DNA of 63,070 bases, filler included, from Octopus bimaculoides (lineage: Eukaryota), in the NCBI RefSeq assembly GCF_001194135.2. It is 6 parts of 6 records of this genome, joined end to end, with 100 filler letters (N's around TTAATTAATTAA, not from the genome) between each part and the next. Parts side by side here need not be neighbours in the genome. Positions count along the whole stretch, not along the records: positions 7,121 to 30,219 come from NC_068991.1; 5 more parts are not named here. One strand, given 5' to 3'. Position 1 is the first letter of the stretch, and the number at the start of each line of letters is the position of its first letter. Positions 14,848 through 28,031 of this stretch are shown here, in pieces. The notes under the pieces are model-generated. The model ran no database searches. It saw only the letters and a program-made list of their open reading frames with translations, and was not told where the DNA came from. A program made the translations under genes and the position numbers.

Positions 14848-15245
14848 ACATACATACACACACTTCCCCCGCAAACAGACGCAGAAAAATACACAAATAT
14901 GCTCATACATAAATATATGCACGTTTGAATATTGATCTGCGAGAAAAGAAATACAGGTGAATTATAATTGACGGGACTAAGAGCACCGCGCTTGCGACAG
15001 CTGAAGAAGTGCAATGATGCTCGTATCTTTGTCCCAGAAACTTCAAATCATGTCTGTGAGCTTCTGCCACTGTATCATTGAATACATACATGCATATATA
15101 TTCACACACGTCCTTGCGCAACCTAATTCTGCCAGGTCACCATTATTGCTACCTTTCACTAAACCTTTTTCGTCCGGTTATTTCGTCAGATTGAGTTGTT
15201 AGTCCCTACACATTTTTTTCTCTCTCCATATTTTTTATTCTCAAC

Positions 15246-15283
15246 TCTTTCTCTCGAAGGGCATGGGCTCGAAACGTCAAAGA
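15246..15283 (+). ncRNA. Degenerate minimal hammerhead motif (Penelope-like terminal repeat remnant), probably inactive
   Basis: Stem I TCTTT/AAAGA, stem II GGGC-ATGG-GCTC, GAA plus palindromic ACGT plus C. The core reads CTCTCGA instead of CTGANGA. Confidence 0.5.
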
Positions 15284-15392
15284 CCTTTACATTTTTCCCG
15301 AACGTCAAACTAATACACCTGCTTGCAGTTCCCTCACCTGTCTTTGTCTTTTGCTTTCTGTAAATTTGAATAATATATCAATATATCAATAT

Positions 15393-15427
<35 letters not shown>

Positions 15428-17509
15428 CTGAATCATTGCATATAGTATTTATATAGGTACGTATAGCGTGTTGATATAGTGATATCGGTGATAGAATAGG
15501 GTAGTAATGTCATCACCAGTCGCCATTATCAAGGTGAAGATTGTGATAATGGTGATGGTAGCGGCGGCGATAGTCGTATCAGTAATGTTGGTGGTGGTGG
15601 TGGTGGTGGAGGTGATGGTGGTCTTGAAGGTAGTAGCGATGCTGGTGTAGTTATCGACGCCGTCGGAGTGGTGCTGGTGATGCTGGTGACTGTTGTAGTT
15701 TTAATAATGATACTGACGATGTTGGTGATGCTGCTGATGATGATGCTGATGATGATGATGATGACGACGATTACGTTGTAACGCTTTTGGCGTCGGTGCT
15801 GGTGTTGTTGACGGCGGCGGTGGTATGGGCGCTGCCAGTGATGGTAGTGGTGGCGATTGAAGTAGAACAATAAAAACCCGTAATTCATTAGATTGACTCT
15901 GTACACTATTAAAGCTAATGAAAACCAGTCATTAATTTGCTGCCGCTGAGATGTCCGTTGTAAAATCAAAGTGGATCCGCCATTATTGTTTCTCAGCGCC
16001 TAACAAATTGCGTTGCACGTAATCTTGTGAAAGGCCTTACTTTATGACGGTCTTCCAACCGACCCAGCCTCAACCGCCCCCCACCCCCACATAACTCACC
16101 CTCACCCCTCTGTCCCTGCCTCCGATCCGCTCCCTCTCTCTTTCACTAGCAATCTATCCCCCTCACCGTATATCTATGTGTGTGTTTTTATATATATANN
16201 NNNNNNNNNNNNNNNNNNNNNNNNNNNNNNNNNNNNNNNNNNNNNNNNNNNNNNNNNNNNNNNNNNNNNNNNNNNNNNNNNNNNNNNNNNNNNNNNNNNN
16301 NNNNNNNNNNNNNNNNNNNNNNNNNNNNNNNNNNNNNNNNNNNNNNNNNNNNNNNNNNNNNNNNNNNNNNNNNNNNNNNNNNNNNNNNNNNNNNNNNNNN
16401 NNNNNNNNNNNNNNNNNNNNNNNNNNNNNNNNNNNNNNNNNNNNNNNNNNNNNNNNNNNNNNNNNNNNNNNNNNNNNNNNNNNNNNNNNNNNNNNNNNNN
16501 NNNNNNNNNNNNNNNNNNNNNNNNNNNNNNNNNNNNNNNNNNNNNNNNNNNNNNNNNNNNNNNNNNNNNNNNNNNNNNNNNNNNNNNNNNNNNNNNNNNN
16601 NNNNNNNNNNNNNNNNNNNNNNNNNNNNNNNNNNNNNNNNNNNNNNNNNNNNNNNNNNNNNNNNNNNNNNNNNNNNNNNNNNNNNNNNNNNNNNNNNNNN
16701 NNNNNNNNNNNNNNNNNNNNNNNNNNNNNNNNNNNNNNNNNNNNNNNNNNNNNNNNNNNNNNNNNNNNNNNNNNNNNNNNNNNNNNNNNNNNNNNNNNNN
16801 NNNNNNNNNNNNNNNNNNNNNNNNNNNNNNNNNNNNNNNNNNNNNNNNNNNNNNNNNNNNNNNNNNNNNNNNNNNNNNNNNNNNNNNNNNNNNNNNNNNN
16901 NNNNNNNNNNNNNNNNNNNNNNNNNNNNNNNNNNNNNNNNNNNNNNNNNNNNNNNNNNNNNNNNNNNNNNNNNNNNNNNNNNNNNNNNNGTGTATGTATG
17001 TAGATGTATGTATATATGCATACAAACACATGTATATACCCCTATCTCTGTGTCTCTCTTTTTCTTTCTCCCTTCTCTCTTTCTCTCCCGTTCTCTGTGT
17101 TATTGTATCTAAACCTCCCTCTCCCCCCTCTCTCTTTCACTCGTTCTATTACTCGCTCATTTCTTTGGAATTCACCATTATCGACCTCTGTCTCTGCCTC
17201 TACCTATCCCTCCTTTTCTCTCTCTCTTTTCCGATTACTATCTCTCCTTCTATCATATACCCCCCTTTCTCCGTATCTTGATCCCTCCGTCCTACTCTTT
17301 GCACTCTCTCTGTCACCCACTTTCTCATAATCTCTCTTCCACCTTCTCCCCTCTCTCTTTGGTTACCTTTTTAATGCTCTCATATTCCCTCTTCCCGCTA
17401 CTCTTCCCTCTTTGTACATGTGTATACTTCTACATGACATGTCTATGCGTATGTGTTTGTTGGTATGAGTATATCTATGTTTGTATGTTTGCCTACATGT
17501 GTGCAGTTC

Positions 17510-17553
<44 letters not shown>

Positions 17554-18953
17554 GTATGTATGTCACACATGTACTCGTGTCTAAGAATGCGTGCGCATCT
17601 GTATATGTGTGTACGTATGTGTACGCATTTGTTAACGCGTATCTGTCAACATATCTGAACTTGTGTCTCTGTGTATACGTTTATGTGTNNNNNNNNNNNN
17701 NNNNNNNNNNNNNNNNNNNNNNNNNNNNNNNNNNNNNNNNNNNNNNNNNNNNNNNNNNNNNNNNNNNNNNNNNNNNNNNNNNNNNNNNNNNNNNNNNNNN
17801 NNNNNNNNNNNNNNNNNNNNNNNNNNNNNNNNNNNNNNNNNNNNNNNNNNNNNNNNNNNNNNNNNNNNNNNNNNNNNNNNNNNNNNNNNNNNNNNNNNNN
17901 NNNNNNNNNNNNNNNNNNNNNNNNNNNNNNNNNNNNNNNNNNNNNNNNNNNNNNNNNNNNNNNNNNNNNNNNNNNNNNNNNNNNNNNNNNNNNNNNNNNN
18001 NNNNNNNNNNNNNNNNNNNNNNNNNNNNNNNNNNNNNNNNNNNNNNNNNNNNNNNNNNNNNNNNNNNNNNNNNNNNNNNNNNNNNNNNNNNNNNNNNNNN
18101 NNNNNNNNNNNNNNNNNNNNNNNNNNNNNNNNNNNNNNNNNNNNNNNNNNNNNNNNNNNNNNNNNNNNNNNNNNNNNNNNNNNNNNNNNNNNNNNNNNNN
18201 NNNNNNNNNNNNNNNNNNNNNNNNNNNNNNNNNNNNNNNNNNNNNNNNNNNNNNNNNNNNNNNNNNNNNNNNNNNNNNNNNNNNNNNNNNNNNNNNNNNN
18301 NNNNNNNNNNNNNNNNNNNNNNNNNNNNNNNNNNNNNNNAACGGCGATGACGACAACAAAGAGAAGATGACGATTATTGAGTTGATTATATAATGACAAC
18401 GACGGCGGCGGCGATCACGAGAACCATGACGATGATGATGATAATGATGATGATGATGATGATGATGATTAGGAAGATAATGATCGTCATCATCACCCCG
18501 CCACCACCCCTATGAACCCTCTCCACCATAATCATCGTCATCCCTTATTGTTTATTGATAATGCTATCAAAGAATGATTGTCCGGCAGAATGGTCAGAAA
18601 CGTCAGAATATGAGACGAATGTTTTGTATGCATGTTAGTCATGGATCTTTACATTCCGAGTTCAAATCCCACCGGGTTTCATAAAACAAAGTACCAACGA
18701 AATACTGAAATCAATAGAATCGACCATGCGCCCTCCCTCTTATAATTAGTGGCATTTTCTGCCTAGAATGAATTCGATATTGCTTTCTTAATAATCAAAT
18801 TAATAATAATCCTCCTGCTGATAGTACACGGTTCTAGTAAAGAAATTGTTATGAGATTCGGATTAGAAAAAATGTGCCAAAGCAACAATGAAGGGAGGAA
18901 AACTGTTTAAGACCAAGAATATCGTACTCGATAAAGAAATTGAAATTAGAGAA

Positions 18954-20130
18954 TTAGACCAAATCCAGACATGCAACGAATGAAATTCTACTGAATAGCC
19001 ACGCGCATCTCCTTGGAATCAAGTTACATGCGTCCATCATGATCCACAAAATTCCGAATTGTAGCTCTGTTGCCTCGTTGCGCTTTTGCCATTCGAAGCC
19101 ATCGGAGGACTTTCGTTCCCTCGTGTCTACGATAGCGCAGCCTTCGTGCTTCGCGTTGAAGAATTTGTCCAGGGCCAATCTCAACGCAAGCACATCCATT
19201 GCAATGGATTTTCTGAGGGCCTTTTCTACATTTTCGACTAAGTCTCTGTCTATTCTAATTGCCTCTATTGTTACAATCTTACAAATTCTTATCAATTCTG
19301 ATCTCCCGTTTCAGGACGAAACATACCTTGTTGTTGACGATTGCCTTTATCAACTCCCGCTTAACTACTTTCTAATCTGGTCTTTGAGCATGATGAGAAA
19401 TACGCGTTCAGCTTCCAGTGGCCGGTTCCTTGCTTATGCAGTATATTTAAGTTGGATCCTACAGCACCCAAATTTGCGGTGTGTCTGTGTAGCTGGTGAT
19501 TTTAAATTGGGCACAGCTTATACTATCCTTATCTTCTGCTCTACAGAAAACTTTAAATACTATTTGAATGACCTGATGCTGTTAGTCCATGTCCACACTG
19601 GCAGATTTGGGAAATCTAGACGGCACTTTTCAGGCGGTTGGAAACGTGCGAGTAGATTTGCAAGGATTTTGCACCCACTTTCCATATCAGCTAGCCCTAC
19701 CTAATCCAAACTTTGCATTCGCATAAATTTCCAGATGTCTCAGCAAAACCTGGTTGCTCACTTCCGTCGGAACGTAGACAGCTACAAATCTGAATACATT
19801 CCGATCGTTGCTCGTCACCTCCAGGACCAACAACTTACTTTCTGGGTCCAAGAGCATGGTCCATATCGTGAGATCCAGGACCCTTTCGTAAGGACACAGA
19901 CACGTATCCACCCGAAAATGGGCGTGAAGATTCGTAGCTTGGAAATTCTGTTCTCGCTGATGCCGCCACATATATATCTGGTGACCTGTGGTTGTTAAGC
20001 AGGTGGTTCTACTTCCACGGTGACTCCAGGCAACGTGCATTTACACTGCCTATTCCGAGTTACACGGAAGGAAGAAAGTAGGAAAGGTCCACGAACCTTA
20101 TTTCCAAGGGGAGATAAGTATTCGGTCGCG
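18954..20130 (-). mobile_element. Decayed L1/Tx1-clade ORF2 N-terminus (AP endonuclease plus linker)
   Basis: Broken frames give LLVLEVTSNDRNVFRFVAVYVPT (the ..RLVAVYAP endonuclease motif) and a downstream linker (LALDKFFNAKHEGCAIV...SSDGFEWQK) like Tx1 ORF2. Confidence 0.7.
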
Positions 20131-21214
20131 CTAGATGGTCGTGAGGCTTATCACAAGCCGTTCTTCATAGTCTTTTGTTTATATTCCCACAGAATTTCCT
20201 ACTCCATTTGGGTATTTATTTTATGAAATGCTTTATGGGTGTTGTGATATTTGGATAATTTATATGTGAGAGCTGTAGTGCTATTAATTAATCTAATGAA
20301 GTTATTGAGTGTGTGATGCTTGTATGTTGGATGTGATCCATTAGTCTTTTTATTACTTCTGTTTATTACTTGTAGAATTAATGATTTCTTGCTTTTCTCT
20401 TCGTGTTGGTTTATTTTTTAAATGTTTGTATGTGTGCGTGTGTGTATGCATGTGTGTGTATGTGCATGTGTATGTGTGTGTGCGTCTGTGTATAAGAATG
20501 GGTGCACGTGTGTGTATGTATGTTTGTGTGTGCGTGTATGTGCATGTGTGTGTATGTATATATGCGTGTGTGTGTGTGTGGGTGTGTGCGTGCGTGCGTG
20601 CGTGTGTGTATGTACGTGTGCGTGCGTATAAATTAGTCGTGCCTGTGTTTGTGGCGGTTGTGTCTGTGATAGTGGTGGTGTCGGCGATGGGGACGACAGT
20701 GCTGATAGCAGTCGTGTGGCTGCTGATGTGGGGTGGTGTTGGTGCATCGTTGCTCAAATGCTTCTCTTCTATTTGTTCATATCTGCCAGCGTTTTCGTCG
20801 GCGAGTTTTTGCTTCATTTCCGTTTCTTTGCATGGGTCATTTTCACCATTTATGCCCCTCACCTTCCCTTTCACCACGCAGACATGTCTGTGTGCTCTCG
20901 GTCGGGGAGGGGCCTGTCTTAGGAGAGGTGTTTGTTCTATTATTCGTCTAATTGTTGTTGTTTTGAAGTTTCCCGTTGCTGCTTTTCCTGTTGCTTTGAA
21001 AAAAGTATTAGTGAGAGAAAAGGGGGTGACAGTTAAAAGAGAAAAAAAAAAGACCCCAGAAGAAACGTTTGTGAAACACTGCTTAAAATCATGGAATAAT
21101 GCAAGGTATAATATGTCAGAGAAAGACAATCAGGAAAAATAAAAACTGCTAAAAACTGGTTTTAACAAAACTAGGAAGCCTTTGATCATTATTCTATCAG
21201 GGATCACATGAGGC

Positions 21215-21278
<64 letters not shown>

Positions 21279-22414
21279 TAGATTATAGCGGCCTATGTAC
21301 CCCTTATTTTGCCAAATGCAGTTCATTATAAATCATTAGCGGGGTGGGCATTTAAATGATAACTCTGTTTTTTAAAATGTTTACAATTTTTGCTTTTGTT
21401 TTTCTTTGTTCTTTNNNNNNNNNNNNNNNNNNNNNNNNNNNNNNNNNNNNNNNNNNNNNNNNNNNNNNNNNNNNNNNNNNNNNNNNNNNNNNNNNNNNNN
21501 NNNNNNNNNNNNNNNNNNNNNNNNNNNNNNNNNNNNNNNNNNNNNNNNNNNNNNNNNNNNNNNNNNNNNNNNNNNNNNNNNNNNNNNNNNNNNNNNNNNN
21601 NNNNNNNNNNNNNNNNNNNNNNNNNNNNNNNNNNNNNNNNNNNNNNNNNNNNNNNNNNNNNNNNNNNNNNNNNNNNNNNNNNNNNNNNNNNNNNNNNNNN
21701 NNNNNNNNNNNNNNNNNNNNNNNNNNNNNNNNNNNNNNNNNNNNNNNNNNNNNNNNNNNNNNNNNNNNNNNNNNNNNNNNNNNNNNNNNNNNNNNNNNNN
21801 NNNNNNNNNNNNNNNNNNNNNNNNNNNNNNNNNNNNNNNNNNNNNNNNNNNNNNNNNNNNNNNNNNNNNNNNNNNNNNNNNNNNNNNNNNNNNNNNNNNN
21901 NNNNNNNNNNNNNNNNNNNNNNNNNNNNNNNNNNNNNNNNNNNNNNNNNNNNNNNNNNNNNNNNNNNNNNNNNNNNNNNNNNNNNNNNNNNNNNNNNNNN
22001 NNNNNNNNNNNNNNNNNNNNNNNNNNNNNNNNNNNNNNNNNNNNNNNNNNNNNNNNNNNNNNNNNNNNNNNNNNNNNNNNNNNNNNNNNNNNNNNNNNNN
22101 NNNNNNNNNNNNNNNNNNNNNNNNNNNNNNNNNNNNNNNNNNNNNNNNNNNNNNNNNNNNNNNNNNNNNNNNNNNNNNNNNNNNNNNNNNNNNNNNNNNN
22201 NNNNNNNNNNNNNNNNNNNNNNNNNNNNNNNNNNNNNNNNNNNNNNNNNNNNNNNNNNNNNNNNNNNNNNNNNNNNNNNNNNNNNNNNNNNNNNNNNNNN
22301 NNNNNNNNNNNNNNNNNNNNNNNNNNNNNNNNNNNNNNNNNNNNNNNNNNNNNNNNNNNNNNNNNNNNNNNNNNNNNNNNNNNNNNNNNNNNNNNNNNNN
22401 NNNNNNNNNNNNNN

Positions 22415-22459
<45 letters not shown>

Positions 22460-22462
22460 TAC

Positions 22463-22509
<47 letters not shown>

Positions 22510-23629
22510 TGTATGTGTGTATGTGTGTATGTATGTATAAAATTATTTTAAACTAGGCCTTCTGCATATGCTTTACGCATCAAAACACACTACAACATCT
22601 AAAGGCATTGACTCGATACACCTGTATGAATATACAAACGTTAATATACACTCACTCAATACAAAGCTTTTATCTACATGCATCACCTCTACACACGTAT
22701 AAAGTATATACACGACACAACATGCACTCACATCATTGAAATATACACATCGCAACCTACAGCCATGTTCACTCGAAAGACGTGCATAGTCTTTATCTAC
22801 ACCCATAACAGACACACACACAGGAGCACACACACACATATCATAGTACACACAAAATAATACATATGTACACACACATACACGAAGCATGCCATAACAC
22901 ATACATGAAATAATTCATTCACACACACAACATACCATAACACATGCACACCATACTGTAACACACATACACACACACACACACATATGCACACAAACAT
23001 ACAATGCAACATACCAAAACATACACGCTCACATACATGCACAGAACATAACAGACACACACACACACACACATACACACGCATTTACGCACACACAACA
23101 TACCATAACACACACAGGCTCTCTCATGTACATATACAATATACCACGACACGTACACATGACATTCTACAAAACTCAAACACTCACACACACATATCCT
23201 CACACATACACATTCAGGTAAACACTAGAAGCACCTACATCACCCCNNNNNNNNNNNNNNNNNNNNNNNNNNNNNNNNNNNNNNNNNNNNNNNNNNNNNN
23301 NNNNNNNNNNNNNNNNNNNNNNNNNNNNNNNNNNNNNNNNNNNNNNNNNNNNNNNNNNNNNNNNNNNNNNNNNNNNNNNNNNNNNNNNNNNNNNNNNNNN
23401 NNNNNNNNNNNNNNNNNNNNNNNNNNNNAATATTCAGCACTCATTCCTACAAACGTCATACCTACACCAAGATATATTCACTCCCACCGCCACCGCCACA
23501 GCCCTGCTCTCTCGCCACCCCCACCAGAACAGATATATGTACACATTAATAGCAGAGCTTTTCACAAATACAGCTCTATCGCTAAAGCCACTAACGAAGA
23601 GGAACCGCTCATTAAGGAAGTCAAAAAGT

Positions 23630-23930
23630 GAAATAAAATATATAGATATAAAATAAACAAAATAAATATATAAAAAATAAGTATAAGGATAAAAAATAAA
23701 AAATAAATAACTAAAAAATATATAAATATAAATAAAAATAAAAAGTAAAAAAATAAAAATAAAAAGAATAAAAAAAAATGATAAATAGGAATAAAAAAAA
23801 ATGAAAATAATAAAAATAATAGCAATAAAAAATAAAAATTATAAAAATAAAAATAATATAAATAAAAAATAAAAATAAAGAAAGAATAAAAATATTCAAA
23901 CGAAAATGCAAAACAATAACATTTTTTTTT
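23630..23930. repeat. A-rich low-complexity tract
   Basis: About 300 bp made almost only of A and T. Confidence 0.9.
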
Positions 23931-24016
23931 TATTTGAAAATCAAGAGAGCTTAAATTTTGAATGGCGAAAGTTTTGATTTTTGGTTCAAGAAACTGTTTC
24001 TATCTCCACTTTTTAA

Positions 24017-24072
<56 letters not shown>

Positions 24073-24711
24073 CGATTTCCACTTTCTTAAAAGAAGCAAG
24101 TGTTTCTTAAAACCACAAGTGCCATTAAAAACTCAACCAATCTCTATTAGTTTTGAAGCACTTATTTTGGAAAGATCATTTCGGGAATTGCTCATAAAAA
24201 ACATGGCGGCGACTTTATAATTTCCATAGAAAAAAAGTGTACAAAAAGCACAGGAAAATAAGCGTAACAAGAACATCAACAACAACAGCTTCAGTCGCAG
24301 TCGCATGTTGACAGACCAGAGAATCGAGGTGGAGTGTAGAACTGTACTAAATTCGTTGATGCAAGAATATTCAAAGACTTCCCTGTATGAGAAGAGAAAA
24401 AATTATGCGAAATCTCTAACGATCAAATTCCGTGCTGGGTCTTATCATCAAGTCGCCTCAGGTATTTCAAAGTTTGGTGCTAAAAGTTCAAATTGCATGA
24501 GGTATTCAAAATCTATGAGGGGTAAACATCTGTTAAACATTAAAAAATTCGCTCAAGAATATATCGTTGCTATTATGCAAAAGTGTCGTAAGTTCAAAAC
24601 GTTGCTTTTTTTTTTTTTTCTAATCACATTTTGGAAATAATTGTTTTTGTCATATATTAATTAAGCTTTGTATTTGTGACACGAAATTAAGAAATAAACA
24701 ATTACAATATA

Positions 24712-25007
24712 TCACGTGTCACCTATCACGTGTCTAATTGCATACCTTTGATCCTGATCTGCTGCATCGGGGATGATTTTGGGGTTAAACAATGACTTTA
24801 TCGTCGCCGTGGTTATCGTCATCATCATCATCATCGTCATCATCGTCGTCGTCGTTGTCGTCGAAGTCACCAACTCTATCCTCCTCCTCCTCCTTTTCGT
24901 CAGCATCATCCTCTCCAAAACCACCACCACCACCACCACCAAATAAAGAATCAGATCAATCACGTGTCACCAGTCACGTGTCACCAGTCACGTGTCTGAT
25001 TGCATAC
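24712..25007. promoter_or_regulatory. Cluster of five TCACGTGTC E-boxes in two modules with 14-bp periodicity
   Basis: TCACGTGTC at 24712, 24726, 24960, 24974 and 24988. Each module ends in t(a/g)attgcatac. Function is not shown by the sequence. Confidence 0.4.
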
Positions 25008-25544
25008 AGAGATGACAAAATCCTAATTATACTTCTTGAAAATTAATCACATTTGACTTAATTGCACGACTCCTATAAAGATTATTGGCGACACATTAAA
25101 GTGCCGCGAAGCACACTTTGGAGATCCCTGCTCACCTTGGTAATTCGACCTACTAGAAATAACTGTCAAACGCTTCCTCAAATGATCCATTAACGTCAGA
25201 TGATGTAGGTCCGAGTGTATTGTGTGCAGGGAACTGGAAGGGACGCTTCGGCATCTTTGATCGAGGTCGACTGGATCAAGCCTGACCTGGGGCTATACAG
25301 TGAATTCGTTGTTATCTTCGTCACCAACACAACCAGAAACAGCAACAACCAAGAGCAGCTCCGTCACCACCAATACCACCAATATCTCTTCCTCCTCCTC
25401 CTCCTCTTCCTCCTCTTCCTCCTCTTCCTCCTCCTCCTCCTCTTCCTCCTCCTTCTCCTCGTCGTCGTCTTTGTTGTCGTCGTCTTTGTTGTCGTCATCG
25501 TCGTCTGTATCAAAAACTGTGTCACATGGTTAGTTAAGGTGCAA

Positions 25545-25865
25545 CGAGAAAGAGAATGGGAGAGGGAGAGAAAAGAAAAAGAAAGAGAAAGAGAAAGAGA
25601 AAAACGCTGAGAGAGAGAGAGAGACAGAAAGAGAGAAAAAGTTAGAAAGAGTAAGAGAGGGAGAGGAAGAGAGAGAGAAAGAGAAAGCGTAAAAAAGTGA
25701 GAAAAAGCAAGAGAGAGGTAAGGAATCGATACATAAGAAGAGAAAGACACAAAGGGAGAGAGAGCGTGAGGGATAAAAAGTGAGAGATAGGGAGTTAGAG
25801 GGAGTGAGAAAGAGAGAGAGAGAAAAAAACCGAGATAGAGGGAAAGAGAGAATGAGAGAGGGAGG
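25545..25865. repeat. Polypurine (GA-rich) low-complexity tract; a CT-rich tract lies at about 17040-17410
   Basis: Read directly from the sequence. Confidence 0.9.
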
Positions 25866-26741
25866 ATGCGAGGCTATATCGCGTTATTCGCAGAGGCGGC
25901 CAAAAAGACGACCGACCGAGTGTTAAAACATTAAGCGTGAAGGTCCCTTTCCGCCATGATGTCTACAGCGCATGGCTAATCACCCGATCCAAACAGAGAC
26001 GATTGAGCGGCTAAAACCATCTTGGTCAATACTGGCTGTCATTGTATCGATCAGAGAAATCATTATTACCAAATTTTCAATTAATAGAATAACATGAGAC
26101 TTTTAAGAATTAGGTGGGTACTGTCAGGAATCTAATTGTTGAAGACTTATCTTGCAGTGGAATCGCTAGAATTTCGAACGCTCTTCAGAGGCCACGTGCT
26201 GTTAGATTAATTGAATTCAATGATCTCAAAGATACGGCACTTTGGTTTTCAGGTGAAGCTTTAATTGATGGTTGTGTAATAATGTTTACGGCGATGATGC
26301 TGGTGGTGGTGGTGCTGCTGCTGGTGTTGATGAAACTGTTGTTCTTGGTGTTGTTGAAGCTGTTTCGTGATTTTCTTGGTATTTCAAGCGTGTATATGTG
26401 TGTATGTGTGGACGTGTGGACTGTGCGCATGTGTTTGCGTCTGTGTGTATGTGTGCATGTGTGTGTGTGCATGTGTGCGTGCATATGTGTGTATGCATAT
26501 ATGTAAATTTGAATATGTAGGTATGTATATACATGCGTGTGTGTATACACAGATATGTGTATGTATACACGCTCGCACATGCACATATACTCCCCCCATA
26601 CACATTCACGCACATACACACACATATATATATATATATATACATGCGTTTATGTACATGTCTATGCATATGTATATCTGTGTGTGTTGTGTTTATATAT
26701 GTACATATATTGAGATATATGCATACATACATAAATACATG

Positions 26742-26803
<62 letters not shown>

Positions 26804-27108
26804 NNNNNNNNNNNNNNNNNNNNNNNNNNNNNNNNNNNNNNNNNNNNNNNNNNNNNNNNNNNNNNNNNNNNNNNNNNNNNNNNNNNNNNNNNNNNNNNNN
26901 NNNNNNNNNNNNNNNNNNNNNNNNNNNNNNNNNNNNNNNNNNNNNNNNNNNNNNNNNNNNNNNNNNNNNNNNNNNNNNNNNNNNNNNNNNNNNNNNNNNN
27001 NNNNNNNNNNNNNNNNNNNNNNNNNNNNNNNNNNNNNNNNNNNNNNNNNNNNNNNNNNNNNNNNNNNNNNNNNNNNNNNNNNNNNNTATATATGTATGTA
27101 TACAGATA

Positions 27109-27380
27109 CACGGGTTGGACAAAATAATGGAAATAACTAGCATCATAATTTTGAAATAGCTACAAAACCGTCAAAAGCTTGTTTATTTTTATGTCTTTTG
27201 ATTTATTATTAGTGTTGCTTAATATGTTTAGCTAAAATTACTGTTTCTTTTCAGATATCATTAAAATCCATTAAAATGACCAAAATGACAAATTGTTGGT
27301 GCTCGTATGGCAGGCGCTAGCGTAACGAAAACAGCCGAAATGTTTGGTGTATCAAGAAGTACTGTCTCGAAGGCAATGAC
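27109..27380 (+). mobile_element. 5' fragment of a Tc1-like transposon (left TIR-like end plus paired-HTH start)
   Basis: TA|CACGGGTTGGACAAAATAATGGAAA end, then QIVGARMAGASVTKTAEMFGVSRSTVSKAMT at 27289-27381. Confidence 0.7.
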
Positions 27381-27994
27381 AGTGCCCCAACATGGCCGCA
27401 AGACTGATGACTGAGATAAGTAACTGATAAAAGATAAAGGAACAACAACAATAACGACAACAACAACAACGAAAACAACATCAAAAGAAAAAAAGCAAAA
27501 GCAACAACAAGCAAAAACCAAGATAGCAAGAAAAACAAAGGAAACAAAGAATCCGAAGACCACGTCTTCATCTTCCTTCATTATGATGAGTTCCGTAATG
27601 AAATGGTTAAGAAATAAGAACAAAGAAAAAAAGTCGATTAATATTTTGTCACGCATTAAAGGTAGGTTGTTAGATAAATAATTAGAAACATGTAAAACGC
27701 GTGTTATAAGAACTGTGATGAAGTTTCCAAACGACAAATGACAAATGAACTTGAAAAAAAAAAACAAAAAAAAAAAAAGCAATCACACACACGCGCGCGC
27801 GCATACATGCATGTACACACTCATATGTATATTTACCTTCATGCAGCAGACAAACATGTATAAACATGCGAGTATGTGCACGTATGTATGTTACGTACTT
27901 AAAACTTTTACGTAAGTTTTAATAAAATCTTTTCAACAGTATAATGAAAATGTCACGTTACCTTCATACATGCATACATACATACATACATACA

Positions 27995-28031
<37 letters not shown>

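Noticed and set aside
15529-15969. Pro/Thr- or His-rich ORFs over degenerate (GAT/GGT/GAC)n tracts (also 24790-24940 and 25320-25500)
   Set aside because: Cryptic trinucleotide repeats with no splice or domain support.
26172-26188. Minus-strand CTGAAGA-GCGTTC-GAAA
   Set aside because: Stem II is 1 bp and stem I does not pair at the 1.1/2.1 position; probably chance.
26158-26252. Candidate exon (ttgcag|…GIARISNALQRPRAVRLIEFNDLKDTALWFS G|gtgaag)
   Set aside because: Open frame with plausible splice sites, but no recognisable integrin or other motif, and its end phase (1) does not fit exon A (0).
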